A stretch of 64,000 bases of DNA from an uncultured Chloroflexia bacterium (GTDB lineage Bacteria; Chloroflexota; Limnocylindria; Limnocylindrales; CSP1-4), in the NCBI GenBank assembly GCA_963813535.1, contig CAWEZH010000003.1:224001-288000 (forward strand), read 5' to 3'. The notes below the pieces were generated by a model. The model did no database searches and had not been told where the DNA came from. It worked only from the letters and a program-made list of their open reading frames with translations. Positions 32,674-41,301 of the stretch are shown here, piece by piece. Every line of letters begins with the position of its first letter. Within the stretch, counting starts at the first letter, position 1. The position numbers were made by a program, and so were the translations under genes.

Positions 32674-33947
32674 GCCGGGGCCCCACCACGGTCGTCCTCG
32701 CCGAGCCCGACCCCCTGCCACGCCCAGCGTTCCTCGGGCAGTGGCGCCTCCGGGTCGGTGATCGACACGCGCCGGACACGATCCTCGCCATAGGTCAGCA
32801 CGAGCCTCGCGAGCTGCCAATCGAGCCGTGCCGTCCGAGCCGCCTGCGGCACGAACAACGGCAGTTGCTGACCGGCGGCCGGCGTCGTGCCGCGCAGCTC
32901 CAGGTCGAGTCGCTGGACCGCCGCCGGCGGCGGGTCCCGCTCCAGCCGCGCGAACAGCAGCCGCTCGACCGCCTCGGCGTCCGCGGTGGGTTCCGGGAAA
33001 CGCTGCTCGACCTCGATCCGCGGCAACGTCCCGGTCGGCGCGAACGCCAGATCGAGCTCGAGCGCCAGGATGGCGCGGTCCGCCGCAAGGCCCCGAGCGC
33101 CGAGTTGCCCGGTGAGACCGGCGACCAGGCGATGCAGCACGAACCGGAGCGGTTCGAGCTCCTCGACCGGCGGCTCGATCGGCAGGGCGAGGGCCAGGCG
33201 CTTCGTGGCGCGCCGAGCACGGAACGGCTCGGTCTCCTGGCCCCTCGCCCGGGCATGGAGGCGGCCGCCCTCCTCGCCGAACCGGGCGATCAGGGCGGAC
33301 GTCGGTAGTCCCGCCACGGCCCCGATCCGGCGCAGGCCGAACCGGGTGAGTCGGGCGCGGATGTCGGGGTCGGTGGTCAGGAGTGTGGACGGGCGATCGG
33401 CCAGGAACGCGGCCTCGTCGCCGGGAGGCACGATGATCGGGGCATCCGGCCCTGCCGCCATCGCGGCGATGGTCGCTGCGAAGTGCGTGCCCGCGATCCC
33501 GACCCGTGGCTCCACCTCCCCGGGGAGCGCCTTCGCGACGGCGCCCGCCAGCCGCTCGGCAAGCACCGGCTCGGGACCCCACAAGGGACCGAGGCCGTCG
33601 ATGCCGACCTCGAAGAGCCCGAATGCCACGTCCCGTGGATCGGCACTCCCCGCCAGGCTCGGGCTGAAGGCCCCGAGCGCCTCGAACACGGCCTCGGCAG
33701 TTCCCCGATCCGCCTCGGGATCGGGGTCGATGAAGGTCGCCTCAGGGACGAGTCGATGCGCGCTCCCCAGCGGCATCCCCCGCCGGACGCCGAGCGTCCG
33801 GGCGGTCGGATCGGCGTCGATGACCGGTCCCGGGTCCCACGGTCGACCGCCCAGCACGAGCGGACCTGGGAGTGGGCAGGGCTCGGAGCGTCGGGCCAGC
33901 GCCAGATGGAGTGGCAGGTGCGGCAGGAACAGGTGCAGCCGTCGCAT
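32670..33947 (-). CDS. imuB: ImuB-like inactive Y-family polymerase
   Basis: ARTLGVRRGMPL..A, VGIAGTHFAA, LTRFGLRRIG..RFG; clamp-binding-like QLPLF; catalytic acidic motifs not evident. Confidence 0.85.
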   Translation of the reverse strand: MRRLHLFLPHLPLHLALARRSEPCPLPGPLVLGGRPWDPGPVIDADPTARTLGVRRGMPLGSAHRLVPEATFIDPDPEADRGTAEAVFEALGAFSPSLAGSADPRDVAFGLFEVGIDGLGPLWGPEPVLAERLAGAVAKALPGEVEPRVGIAGTHFAATIAAMAAGPDAPIIVPPGDEAAFLADRPSTLLTTDPDIRARLTRFGLRRIGAVAGLPTSALIARFGEEGGRLHARARGQETEPFRARRATKRLALALPIEPPVEELEPLRFVLHRLVAGLTGQLGARGLAADRAILALELDLAFAPTGTLPRIEVEQRFPEPTADAEAVERLLFARLERDPPPAAVQRLDLELRGTTPAAGQQLPLFVPQAARTARLDWQLARLVLTYGEDRVRRVSITDPEAPLPEERWAWQGVGLGEDDRGGAPA

Positions 33948-34806
33948 GGTGGATCTCGCGATCGGGGGCCTCGTGAACGGGGGCTTGGTCGATCAGCAGG
34001 GCGTCCCGAGCGAGGCACGTGTCCCGCTCGCCGCCCTCGGCGTAGAGGATCCGGAGCGTCGCCCGGCGACCCGGCGGTCCGTGGCGGTTGTGCGCAACGA
34101 GCGCCTCGGTCCGTTGCCCGACGACGTCACGCCCGAGACGCACCCACGACCGGCGCGCCAGCTCGAGTCGGATGCCGGTCGACTCGGCGACCGCGGTCGC
34201 CAGACCGCCACCGAGCCCCGGTGCATCGAGGATCAGCAGCAGGATCTCCGCGCGCCGCGCGAGCGCCGCGAGCCGATGCAGCCGGTCACCGATCCTCGAA
34301 GGCGTGTCGGTCCGAGCCAGCCGGCCGCCGGGCAGGTCGAGGACCAGCAGGTCGACCGAGCGGCCGGCGAGCAGGCTGCCGGCGATGCGCAGACCCTCGT
34401 CGAGGCTGGCCGGCGTGATGACGACGAGCCAGTCGAGATCGACCCCGCGCGCGACGGCCTCGACCGGGTCGAAGCTCCGCGACAGGTCGAGCCAGGCCAC
34501 GACCGACCCCTGCGCCTGGGCCTCCGCGGCGACCCTGAGGCTCAGGGTGGTGCGGCCGCTCGTGCCCTCGCCACGGATCGCGACGCTGGCCGATCTCGGC
34601 AGACCGCCGGGGCCGAGGATGGCATCGAGCGCCGCGAACCCGGTGCGGATGACCCGCTCATCGGGCCGAGGGTCGTACCGTGGCTGGACATCCTCTTCCG
34701 GTTCCGGCACCAATGCCAGGGCTCCGACCACCCCCGGAGCTGCGGCACCCCACCGGGCCCGGAGGCCCGCGACAGCAGCGTCCACATCACCCCGACCGGT
34801 CGACAT
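33742..34806 (-). CDS. imuA: ImuA-like RecA-fold protein
   Basis: IRTGFAALDAILGPGGLPR, degenerate Walker A GTSGRTT, AWLD..FDP..A.RGVDL, DLLVLD. Confidence 0.85.
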   Translation of the reverse strand: MSTGRGDVDAAVAGLRARWGAAAPGVVGALALVPEPEEDVQPRYDPRPDERVIRTGFAALDAILGPGGLPRSASVAIRGEGTSGRTTLSLRVAAEAQAQGSVVAWLDLSRSFDPVEAVARGVDLDWLVVITPASLDEGLRIAGSLLAGRSVDLLVLDLPGGRLARTDTPSRIGDRLHRLAALARRAEILLLILDAPGLGGGLATAVAESTGIRLELARRSWVRLGRDVVGQRTEALVAHNRHGPPGRRATLRILYAEGGERDTCLARDALLIDQAPVHEAPDREIHHATAAPVPAAPATPSGAGPTLRALPTPRSARAGRSTVGPGTGHRRRSDRPDARRPAGDAAGERASTRP

Positions 34807-34819
34807 CGGACGCCGATAG

Positions 34820-34835
34820 TAGAACAGATGTTCTA
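34820..34835. promoter_or_regulatory. LexA (SOS) box upstream of imuA
   Basis: TAGAAC-AGAT-GTTCTA overlapping a minus-strand -10 TACTAT. Confidence 0.88.
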
Positions 34836-34925
34836 GTCGGGCAAGTCCGTAACCCACGCTGTCCCGGCGGTCGGCGTCACCGGATCGACACGGCGCGCAC
34901 CTACGCTCGTCCTACGATGCTCACG

Positions 34926-35660
34926 ATGCCCGACTCACCCACCGACACCCCGATCCCGACCGCGCCGATCCTCGTCGTCGACGATGACGCCAAGATCGTC
35001 CGGCTGGTCCGGACGTACCTGGAGCGCGACGGCTTCAGCGTCGTGACGGCATCCGACGGGCCCGCCGCCCTCGATGCGATCGAGACCCATCAGCCTGCGC
35101 TCGTCGTCCTCGACCTGATGCTCCCCGAGCTGGACGGACGTGCGGTCATCCGCGCCGTCCGTCGGGATGAGGAAGCCGGCCGGACGCCGATCCTGGTCCT
35201 CTCCGCCCGCGGCTCCACGATCGACCGCATCGCCGGCCTGGAGGACGGCGCAGACGACTACCTGCCCAAGCCATTCTCGCCGGCCGAGCTCGTGCTGCGC
35301 GTGAAGTCGATCCTCCGACGGAGTGCTGCGACTGCCGCGCCCGATCGTCCCGGGCCGACCATCCGCCACGGCGACCTGACCATCGACCCCGCCCGTCACG
35401 AGGTCCGCCGCGGCGACGACATCGTCGATCTCACCCGCGTCGAATTCCGGCTGCTGACCGCGATCCTCGCGGCGGACGGCCGTGTCCTGTCACGGGACCA
35501 GCTGCTGGACGCGGTCTACGGGCACGAGTCCACCGACGTCCTCGACCGCACGATCGACGTCCATATCCGTCGACTCCGCGACAAGCTCGATGACGACCCC
35601 GACGCACCTCGCTACGTGCAGACCGTTCGCGGGGTCGGGTATCGGGCGGCGCGGACATGA
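34926..35660 (+). CDS. OmpR-family response regulator
   Basis: ILVVDDD, LDLMLP, GADDYLPKPF, RTIDVHIRRLR, TVRGVGY. Confidence 0.95.
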   Translation: MPDSPTDTPIPTAPILVVDDDAKIVRLVRTYLERDGFSVVTASDGPAALDAIETHQPALVVLDLMLPELDGRAVIRAVRRDEEAGRTPILVLSARGSTIDRIAGLEDGADDYLPKPFSPAELVLRVKSILRRSAATAAPDRPGPTIRHGDLTIDPARHEVRRGDDIVDLTRVEFRLLTAILAADGRVLSRDQLLDAVYGHESTDVLDRTIDVHIRRLRDKLDDDPDAPRYVQTVRGVGYRAART

Positions 35661-35682
35661 CCCGTCACGCGATGCCGCGATC

Positions 35683-36750
35683 GTGATCGCCGGCGGCATC
35701 GCCGCGCGCATCGCGCTGGCGGCCATCGTCAGCGCCGCCGTCGGGCTGGTGATCCTGGCGGTGGGTGTCGCCGTCGTGGGCGCCGACGTCTTCACCGATC
35801 TGATGATGGAAGCGGGCGACTCGGCCGATCATGCCCGGCAGATGTACGACGACTCCGTGACACGTGTCGTCGTCACGGCATCGATCGTCGCCGTTATCGC
35901 CAGCGTCGGACTCGCGGTGCTGCTCGCCCGGATGTTGACGCGTCCGCTGCGCGAGATCGGCGGCGCAGCGCGCCGCATCGCCGACGGTGACTACGCGGCG
36001 CGCGTCCCCCGAGAGGGTCCGGAGGAGCTGGCCAGCCTCGCCGATTCGTTCAACCAGATGGCCGCCTCGCTGGAGCGACAGGAAGCGATGCGTCGGGACT
36101 TCATCGCCAACGCGGCCCATGAGCTCCGCACACCGCTCACGAACCTGCAGGGCTATCTCGAGGCGCTCCGGGATGGCGTCATCACGGCGGACCGGGCCAC
36201 CTACGAATCGCTGCACGAGGAAGCGGATCGGCTCGTCCGCCTGTCACGCGACCTCGACGCGCTGGCCGAAGGCGATGCCGGCGTGAACCGACCGCAGCTG
36301 GTCGACCTCGATCTCGCGATGGCGATCCGGTCGGCGCTCGACCTCGCCGCGCCGTCGATCGAGCGCGCGGGTCTGCGGATCGATGCCACCGGCGTCCCCG
36401 CTTCCCTACCCGCGCGCGCTGATCCCGATCGACTCGCCCAGGTGCTGGCCAACCTGTTGTCCAACGCCACGCGGTACACACCGGCGGGTGGCGAGGTCTC
36501 GGTCAAGGCGGAGCGCCGGTCGGGCGACATCCTCGTCACGGTCGCCAACACGGGCGATGCGATCCCGGCCGAGGAGCTCGACCGTGTCTTCGAACGCTTC
36601 TATCGCGTTGAGAAATCGCGCGACAGGGCGCGCGGCGGCGCCGGCATCGGGCTGGCTATCGTCAAGCAGCTCGTGGAGGGCGCCGGAGGCCATGTCGGTG
36701 CGGAGTCAGCCCACGGTCAGACGCGCTTCTGGTTCAGCTTGCCAGCCTGA
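35683..36750 (+). CDS. Sensor histidine kinase (HAMP-HisKA-HATPase, BaeS-like)
   Basis: Two TM segments, AHELRTPL, NLLSNA, FERFYR, GAGIGLAIV. Confidence 0.93.
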   Translation: MIAGGIAARIALAAIVSAAVGLVILAVGVAVVGADVFTDLMMEAGDSADHARQMYDDSVTRVVVTASIVAVIASVGLAVLLARMLTRPLREIGGAARRIADGDYAARVPREGPEELASLADSFNQMAASLERQEAMRRDFIANAAHELRTPLTNLQGYLEALRDGVITADRATYESLHEEADRLVRLSRDLDALAEGDAGVNRPQLVDLDLAMAIRSALDLAAPSIERAGLRIDATGVPASLPARADPDRLAQVLANLLSNATRYTPAGGEVSVKAERRSGDILVTVANTGDAIPAEELDRVFERFYRVEKSRDRARGGAGIGLAIVKQLVEGAGGHVGAESAHGQTRFWFSLPA

Positions 36751-36814
36751 GCCGGCGGCTCGTCGGTCGAGCTGCGCAGGCTCGCCAGGAGGCGTCGGCC
36801 GCGGGGAAGACTGA

Positions 36815-37723
36815 CTAGGGCAGCCCGATCGCGATCATCCCGGCCAGGATGCCGGCCAGGCCGACCCACTGGATCGGCCGGAGACGCTCCCCGAGCAGTG
36901 CGACGGCGGCGACGATCGTGACCGCCGGCCCGAACGAGGACGCGAGACCCACGAGCCACGTCTCGGCATGTTCGAGGCCGTAGGCGAACGACGCCAGGCC
37001 GACGACGTCGAGGACGCCGGATAGGACGACGAAGCCGATCACGCGTGCATCGGCCCGACCCGCGCCGCCATCGCCCGGGGCCCCCTCGATCATCGGCGCG
37101 GCCAGACGCCGGAACATGGTCGTGGCAAGGATCAGCACGATCACGGAAAGCACGGCGTTCGCCGTGCGCGACACGATGACGACCTCGAGCCATGGCGCCC
37201 GATCGATGACGATGTCGCTGGTGATCGTCATCGTGGCGAAGAGGATCAGGGCGACGACCGCGAAGGCCACGCCGGGACTGGCGAAGCGCGTGTTCCGCCA
37301 GCCGTGCTCGAAGGCGATCCCGGTCAGCACCACGCCGAGGGTCGCGACCGCCGCGCCGACGGCCTGGAGGGGGGTCAGCGTCTCGCCTCGGATGACCACA
37401 GCCAGCACGACGGTGAGACCGCCATACGCGGCGACCATCCCGCTGACGACGGCGATCGGACCGATCCGCAGGCCGGTGAAATACGACAGGTAGGCGCCCG
37501 CGCCGAAGAGCCCGACCAGCGCACCACCCGCCAGCACGAAGGGGTCGTCCGACAGTGGCGTGCCCGTCGCGATCGCCGCGATCCAGACGAGGACGGCGCC
37601 GACCAGCTGCATGCCGGTCGTGACCCGCAGGCTGCCGATCCGCCGGCTCGCGAGGGCCGAGAAGAGATCGAGCGTACCCCACGAGATGGCGGCACCGAGT
37701 CCGGTCAGCAGGCCGATGGGCAT
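36815..37723 (-). CDS. EamA/DMT family transporter
   Basis: About 10 TM segments in two EamA repeats; GETL and LLGERL motifs. Confidence 0.88.
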   Translation of the reverse strand: MPIGLLTGLGAAISWGTLDLFSALASRRIGSLRVTTGMQLVGAVLVWIAAIATGTPLSDDPFVLAGGALVGLFGAGAYLSYFTGLRIGPIAVVSGMVAAYGGLTVVLAVVIRGETLTPLQAVGAAVATLGVVLTGIAFEHGWRNTRFASPGVAFAVVALILFATMTITSDIVIDRAPWLEVVIVSRTANAVLSVIVLILATTMFRRLAAPMIEGAPGDGGAGRADARVIGFVVLSGVLDVVGLASFAYGLEHAETWLVGLASSFGPAVTIVAAVALLGERLRPIQWVGLAGILAGMIAIGLP

Positions 37724-37830
37724 CGGCGGAGCCTAGGGGCGAGCGGCCGCAGGCGTTCGCGGGTCGCGTGCCGCGCGACGTCTTCGAGGGTCGGGGCGGA
37801 GGGGACCCCGTGCTACACTCGGCGACCCGT

Positions 37831-37906
37831 GGGGATGTAGCTCAGCTGGGAGAGCACCGCGTTCGCATCGCGGGGGTCAGGGGTTCGAGTCCCCTCATCT
37901 CCACCA
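37831..37906 (+). tRNA. tRNA-Ala (anticodon CGC)
   Basis: Cloverleaf GGGGATG..TAGCTCAG..CCGCG-TTCGCAT-CGCGG..GGTTCGAGTCC..CATCTCCACCA; G3:U70; encoded CCA. Confidence 0.97.
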
Positions 37907-37945
37907 TCCCGACGTCTTTCCGCGGTCGTCAATGGGAGGGGCCCG

Positions 37946-38308
37946 ATGTCGGTCGTCGCTGCGGGTCTCGTCGCACTCGTGGCCCTGATCCACGCCTACA
38001 TCCTCGTGCTCGAGATGTTCCTGTGGCAGACACCGCGTGGTCTCAAGGCATTCGGGACCACGCCCGAGCAGGCAGCGACGATGGCGACGCTGGCCGCGAA
38101 CCAGGGCCTGTACAACGGATTCCTGGCGGCGGGTCTTGGTCTGAGCCTGCTGCTGCCGGAGCCTAGCGCTCTCTATTTCAAGGTGTTCTTCCTCGGTTGC
38201 GTGATCGTGGCGGGGATCTACGGCGGGCTGACGGTGTCGCGCAGGATCCTCGCCGTCCAGGCGCTTCCGGCCGTGCTTGCGCTGGGTACCGTCCTCCTCG
38301 CCCGCTGA
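37946..38308 (+). CDS. DUF1304-like membrane protein
   Basis: HAYILVLEMFLW, ANQGLYNGFLA, QALPA. Confidence 0.85.
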   Translation: MSVVAAGLVALVALIHAYILVLEMFLWQTPRGLKAFGTTPEQAATMATLAANQGLYNGFLAAGLGLSLLLPEPSALYFKVFFLGCVIVAGIYGGLTVSRRILAVQALPAVLALGTVLLAR

Positions 38309-38321
38309 CAAGGACCGACGC

Positions 38322-39611
38322 GTGCTGACCACGATGAGGGCCCGCGACCCGCACGAGGCGCACCGGGCCGCGACGCCGCTCGAGCTCCTGTTCGACCTGA
38401 CCTTCGTGGTGGCGGTGGCTGCGGTCGTGACCGAACTCGCCCGGGCCATCGTCGAGGGCCGTCCGGCCGAAGGCCTCCTCCTCTATCTCGTCGTCTTCTT
38501 CGCGATCTGGTGGGCGTGGATGAACTTCACCTGGTTCGCGTCCGCGTTCGACTGTGACGATGCCTTCTACCGGATACTCACGATGCTCCAGATGGTCGGC
38601 GTGCTCGTCCTCACGACGGGGATCGCACCATTCTTCGAACGCTCCGAGTTCGGGATCGGGGTCCTCGGCTATGTCCTCATGCGGATCGCCCTCGTGACCC
38701 AGTGGCTCAGGGTGGCGTGGTCGGTACCCGAATACCGGGACACCGCGCTGCGCTTTGCGATCCCGATCGCCGCGGTCCAGCTCCTGTGGATCGTGCGGCT
38801 GGCCCTTCCGTACCCGCTTTCTCTGCTCGCGTTCCTCCTGCTGATCGTCGTCGAGTTGTTGATCCCGCTCTGGGCCGAGCGGCGGAACATGACGCCGTGG
38901 AATGCCCATCACATCGTCGAGCGCTATGGGCTTTTCACGATCATCGTCCTCGGCGAGAGCGTCCTGGCGGCGACGACCGCGATCCTCGTCGCCCGGTCCG
39001 AGACGGGGTTGTCGCTCGATCTCGTCATCGTCGCCATCTCGGGCCTCGTCCTGTTGTTCGCCTGCTGGTGGCTGTACTTCCTCGAATCCGACGCGCCTCG
39101 GCTGGATACCCGTCGGGATCTCGGCTTCATCTGGGGCTACGGCCACTACTTCGTGTTCGCCTCCCTTGCCGCCATCGGCGCAGGCATCGAGGTGACGGTG
39201 GAGGCGGTCACCCACGAGGTCGCGGCGTCGCGCTTGCTGGTCGGCTACAGCATCGCGGCGCCGCTGGCCATCTTCCTCGCGGTCCGCTACGAGCTCTACG
39301 CCACGATCGGCGGCGACCGGCTGGTCAGGCTGCGCGTCCTCGCCGGAGAGGTCGGGATCATGCTGGTGATCCCGCTGGCGGGCGTCGCGCTGCGTCCGCC
39401 GGTCGTCATCGCCCTGCTCGCCGCTGCGGCGGCCGGGCTGATCGTCTTCAAGACGTACCGCTTCGGCCTGATACGTGGAGGTGAAGGCGCGGATACGCGC
39501 CAGGTGAGCGGTCCTCGCCAGGATGCGGGGCATGAAGTCGTCGAAGACGCGGACATCGGCGAAGCACGAACGCCGGAGTCGGCGGAAACAGAAGGCGCCT
39601 CGACGACCTGA
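38322..39611 (+). CDS. ltrA: Low temperature requirement protein A family membrane protein
   Basis: ATPLELLFDLTFV, WWAWMNFTWFASAFD, ERYGLFTIIVLGE, WGYGHY. Confidence 0.88.
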   Translation: MLTTMRARDPHEAHRAATPLELLFDLTFVVAVAAVVTELARAIVEGRPAEGLLLYLVVFFAIWWAWMNFTWFASAFDCDDAFYRILTMLQMVGVLVLTTGIAPFFERSEFGIGVLGYVLMRIALVTQWLRVAWSVPEYRDTALRFAIPIAAVQLLWIVRLALPYPLSLLAFLLLIVVELLIPLWAERRNMTPWNAHHIVERYGLFTIIVLGESVLAATTAILVARSETGLSLDLVIVAISGLVLLFACWWLYFLESDAPRLDTRRDLGFIWGYGHYFVFASLAAIGAGIEVTVEAVTHEVAASRLLVGYSIAAPLAIFLAVRYELYATIGGDRLVRLRVLAGEVGIMLVIPLAGVALRPPVVIALLAAAAAGLIVFKTYRFGLIRGGEGADTRQVSGPRQDAGHEVVEDADIGEARTPESAETEGASTT

Positions 39612-40254
39612 CGGGCTGCGGCTCCATCCGCTGGGCGGACCGTTCGAGCCGGGACTCGCCGACCGCATCCTGGCGGCGTTCGATGGCTTCGATCCGACCG
39701 GGCCCTGGTCGTCCGTGGCGCCGAGGATCGTCCCCGTCCTCAAACGTGTCCATCATCCGTACCCGCCGGAGATGGCGCCGTTGCACATCCGGATCCCGCC
39801 GGGCGTGTGGACCGGCTTCGGCATCGATCTCGGCCCGGCGTTCTCGCACGTCAGCCAGGTGCTTCTCGACGGTTGGGGCATCGACCACGCGACGTTGCTC
39901 GGCACGGCTCTGGAGAACCTCACGGAACTCGTCCGCCGGGAGGGGCCAGTTATCGACACAGTCCCGATCGACGGTATCGAGGTCACCGCCATCCAGGGTC
40001 AGGGCTGGGGCTCGTCCCTGATCCTGGTACCAGAGGTGCTGCGGCCGATCCTCGGCTCGACGCCACGACTCCTGCTCGCTCCGGTCCGCAACACGTTGGT
40101 GGCACTCCCGGACGACGTCGACGACGACCTCGCGGTCGATCTCTGGCAGGCGATCGCCGACGGCGCACACGACGAGCTCGACGTGGATCCACTGCGCTGG
40201 ACCGGGTCGACCGTCGCGGCACGTGACGATGCCACGGTCGGGTTGCCGAACTAA
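39532..40254 (+). CDS. Hypothetical protein (weak resemblance to DUF1444/YtpQ)
   Basis: GC3-rich ORF; GIDLG..WGI..ALENL..GSSLIL..APVRNTLV. Confidence 0.55.
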   Translation: MKSSKTRTSAKHERRSRRKQKAPRRPDGLRLHPLGGPFEPGLADRILAAFDGFDPTGPWSSVAPRIVPVLKRVHHPYPPEMAPLHIRIPPGVWTGFGIDLGPAFSHVSQVLLDGWGIDHATLLGTALENLTELVRREGPVIDTVPIDGIEVTAIQGQGWGSSLILVPEVLRPILGSTPRLLLAPVRNTLVALPDDVDDDLAVDLWQAIADGAHDELDVDPLRWTGSTVAARDDATVGLPN

Positions 40255-41012
40255 TCGACGATCAGGGCGCGGTGGAGCTCCGTCGAATGGTCGTGGAGCC
40301 AGCGACGCCAGACCCGATGGTCGGGTCGACGGGAGGCGACCATTGCCCAGAACCGCGGACCGTGACCGAACACCTTCAGGTGCGCCAGCTCATGGCAGAC
40401 GACGGTCTCGAGTGCCTCGGGTGGAGCCAGGATCAGTCGCCAGGAGAACGACAGGCGTCCGGTCCGTGAGGCGCTGCCCCATCGGGTTCGTGGGTCACGC
40501 AGGGTCACGGCTGCTGGTCTGACCCCCATCGCTTCGCCGTTGTCGGCGACGCTCACGTCGATCAGCCGGCGCGCCTCGGCACGCAGCCACGCCTCGAGGA
40601 TGGCGCCGTCGGAGCGGCGGTCTGCCGCGACGCGGTGGATGACCAGCTCGTCGGCGAAGGGCGCGACGTCGGAACGCCGGATGCCAGAGACCGCGGGCAC
40701 GACCCGTATCAGACACAGGCGGCCGCGGTATGGGATGACGCCCCCGTGCCGGGCGCCACCTCTCGTGGCCAGCTCACGGTCGACGTCCGCTTGGCGGGCA
40801 AGGTGCTTGCGCAGCCACGGCTCGCGTTCTGCCAGGAACGCCACCGCCCGGCGCTCGTGCTCGGGTCGGACCGTCCGGGCAGGGATCGTCACCACGACGC
40901 CCCGATCCGGATGGATGACCACGCGCACGACGCGCGCCCGCGGCGAGCGCCGCAACGTGTACGGGAGAGGCCCGCCCGGCAGGTCGGCGATAGCGGTGGC
41001 CTCCCACGTCAC
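40251..41012 (-). CDS. YgjP/DUF45-like zinc metalloprotein
   Basis: RRSPRAR, RWGSAS, LSFSWRL, HELAH, HGPRFW. Confidence 0.88.
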   Translation of the reverse strand: MTWEATAIADLPGGPLPYTLRRSPRARVVRVVIHPDRGVVVTIPARTVRPEHERRAVAFLAEREPWLRKHLARQADVDRELATRGGARHGGVIPYRGRLCLIRVVPAVSGIRRSDVAPFADELVIHRVAADRRSDGAILEAWLRAEARRLIDVSVADNGEAMGVRPAAVTLRDPRTRWGSASRTGRLSFSWRLILAPPEALETVVCHELAHLKVFGHGPRFWAMVASRRPDHRVWRRWLHDHSTELHRALIVD

Positions 41013-41099
41013 GAGTGGATGATGCCATCCGGAACGGCGACCAGGCGGCAGGTAGGTGGAGGGCGGTCGCGGCGGCCGATGCTACAATCCGCGCTCCGT

Positions 41100-41175
41100 G
41101 GGGCTATAGCTCAGCTGGAAGAGCACCTGCATGGCATGCAGGGGGTCCGGGGTTCGAGTCCCCGTAGCTCCACCA
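41100..41175 (+). tRNA. tRNA-Ala (anticodon GGC)
   Basis: GGGGCTA..CCTGC-ATGGCAT-GCAGG..GGTTCGAGTCC..TAGCTCCACCA; upstream -10 TACAAT. Confidence 0.97.
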
Positions 41176-41301
41176 GACTGACGAGGCCGCCGACCACCAC
41201 CCCTCGCCGACGGCGGGGGGTGATCCGTATCCGGCGGGCGCCTGCCACGAGATACTCGGAGCCGACGAAACCGCGCTCCGATGAGAGGCCATCGACACGA
41301 C

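Noticed and set aside
37831-41175. Four genes bracketed by two tRNA-Ala genes, resembling an integrated island
   Set aside because: Both tRNAs are complete, different isoacceptors with their own -10 boxes; no integrase and no duplicated 3' fragment
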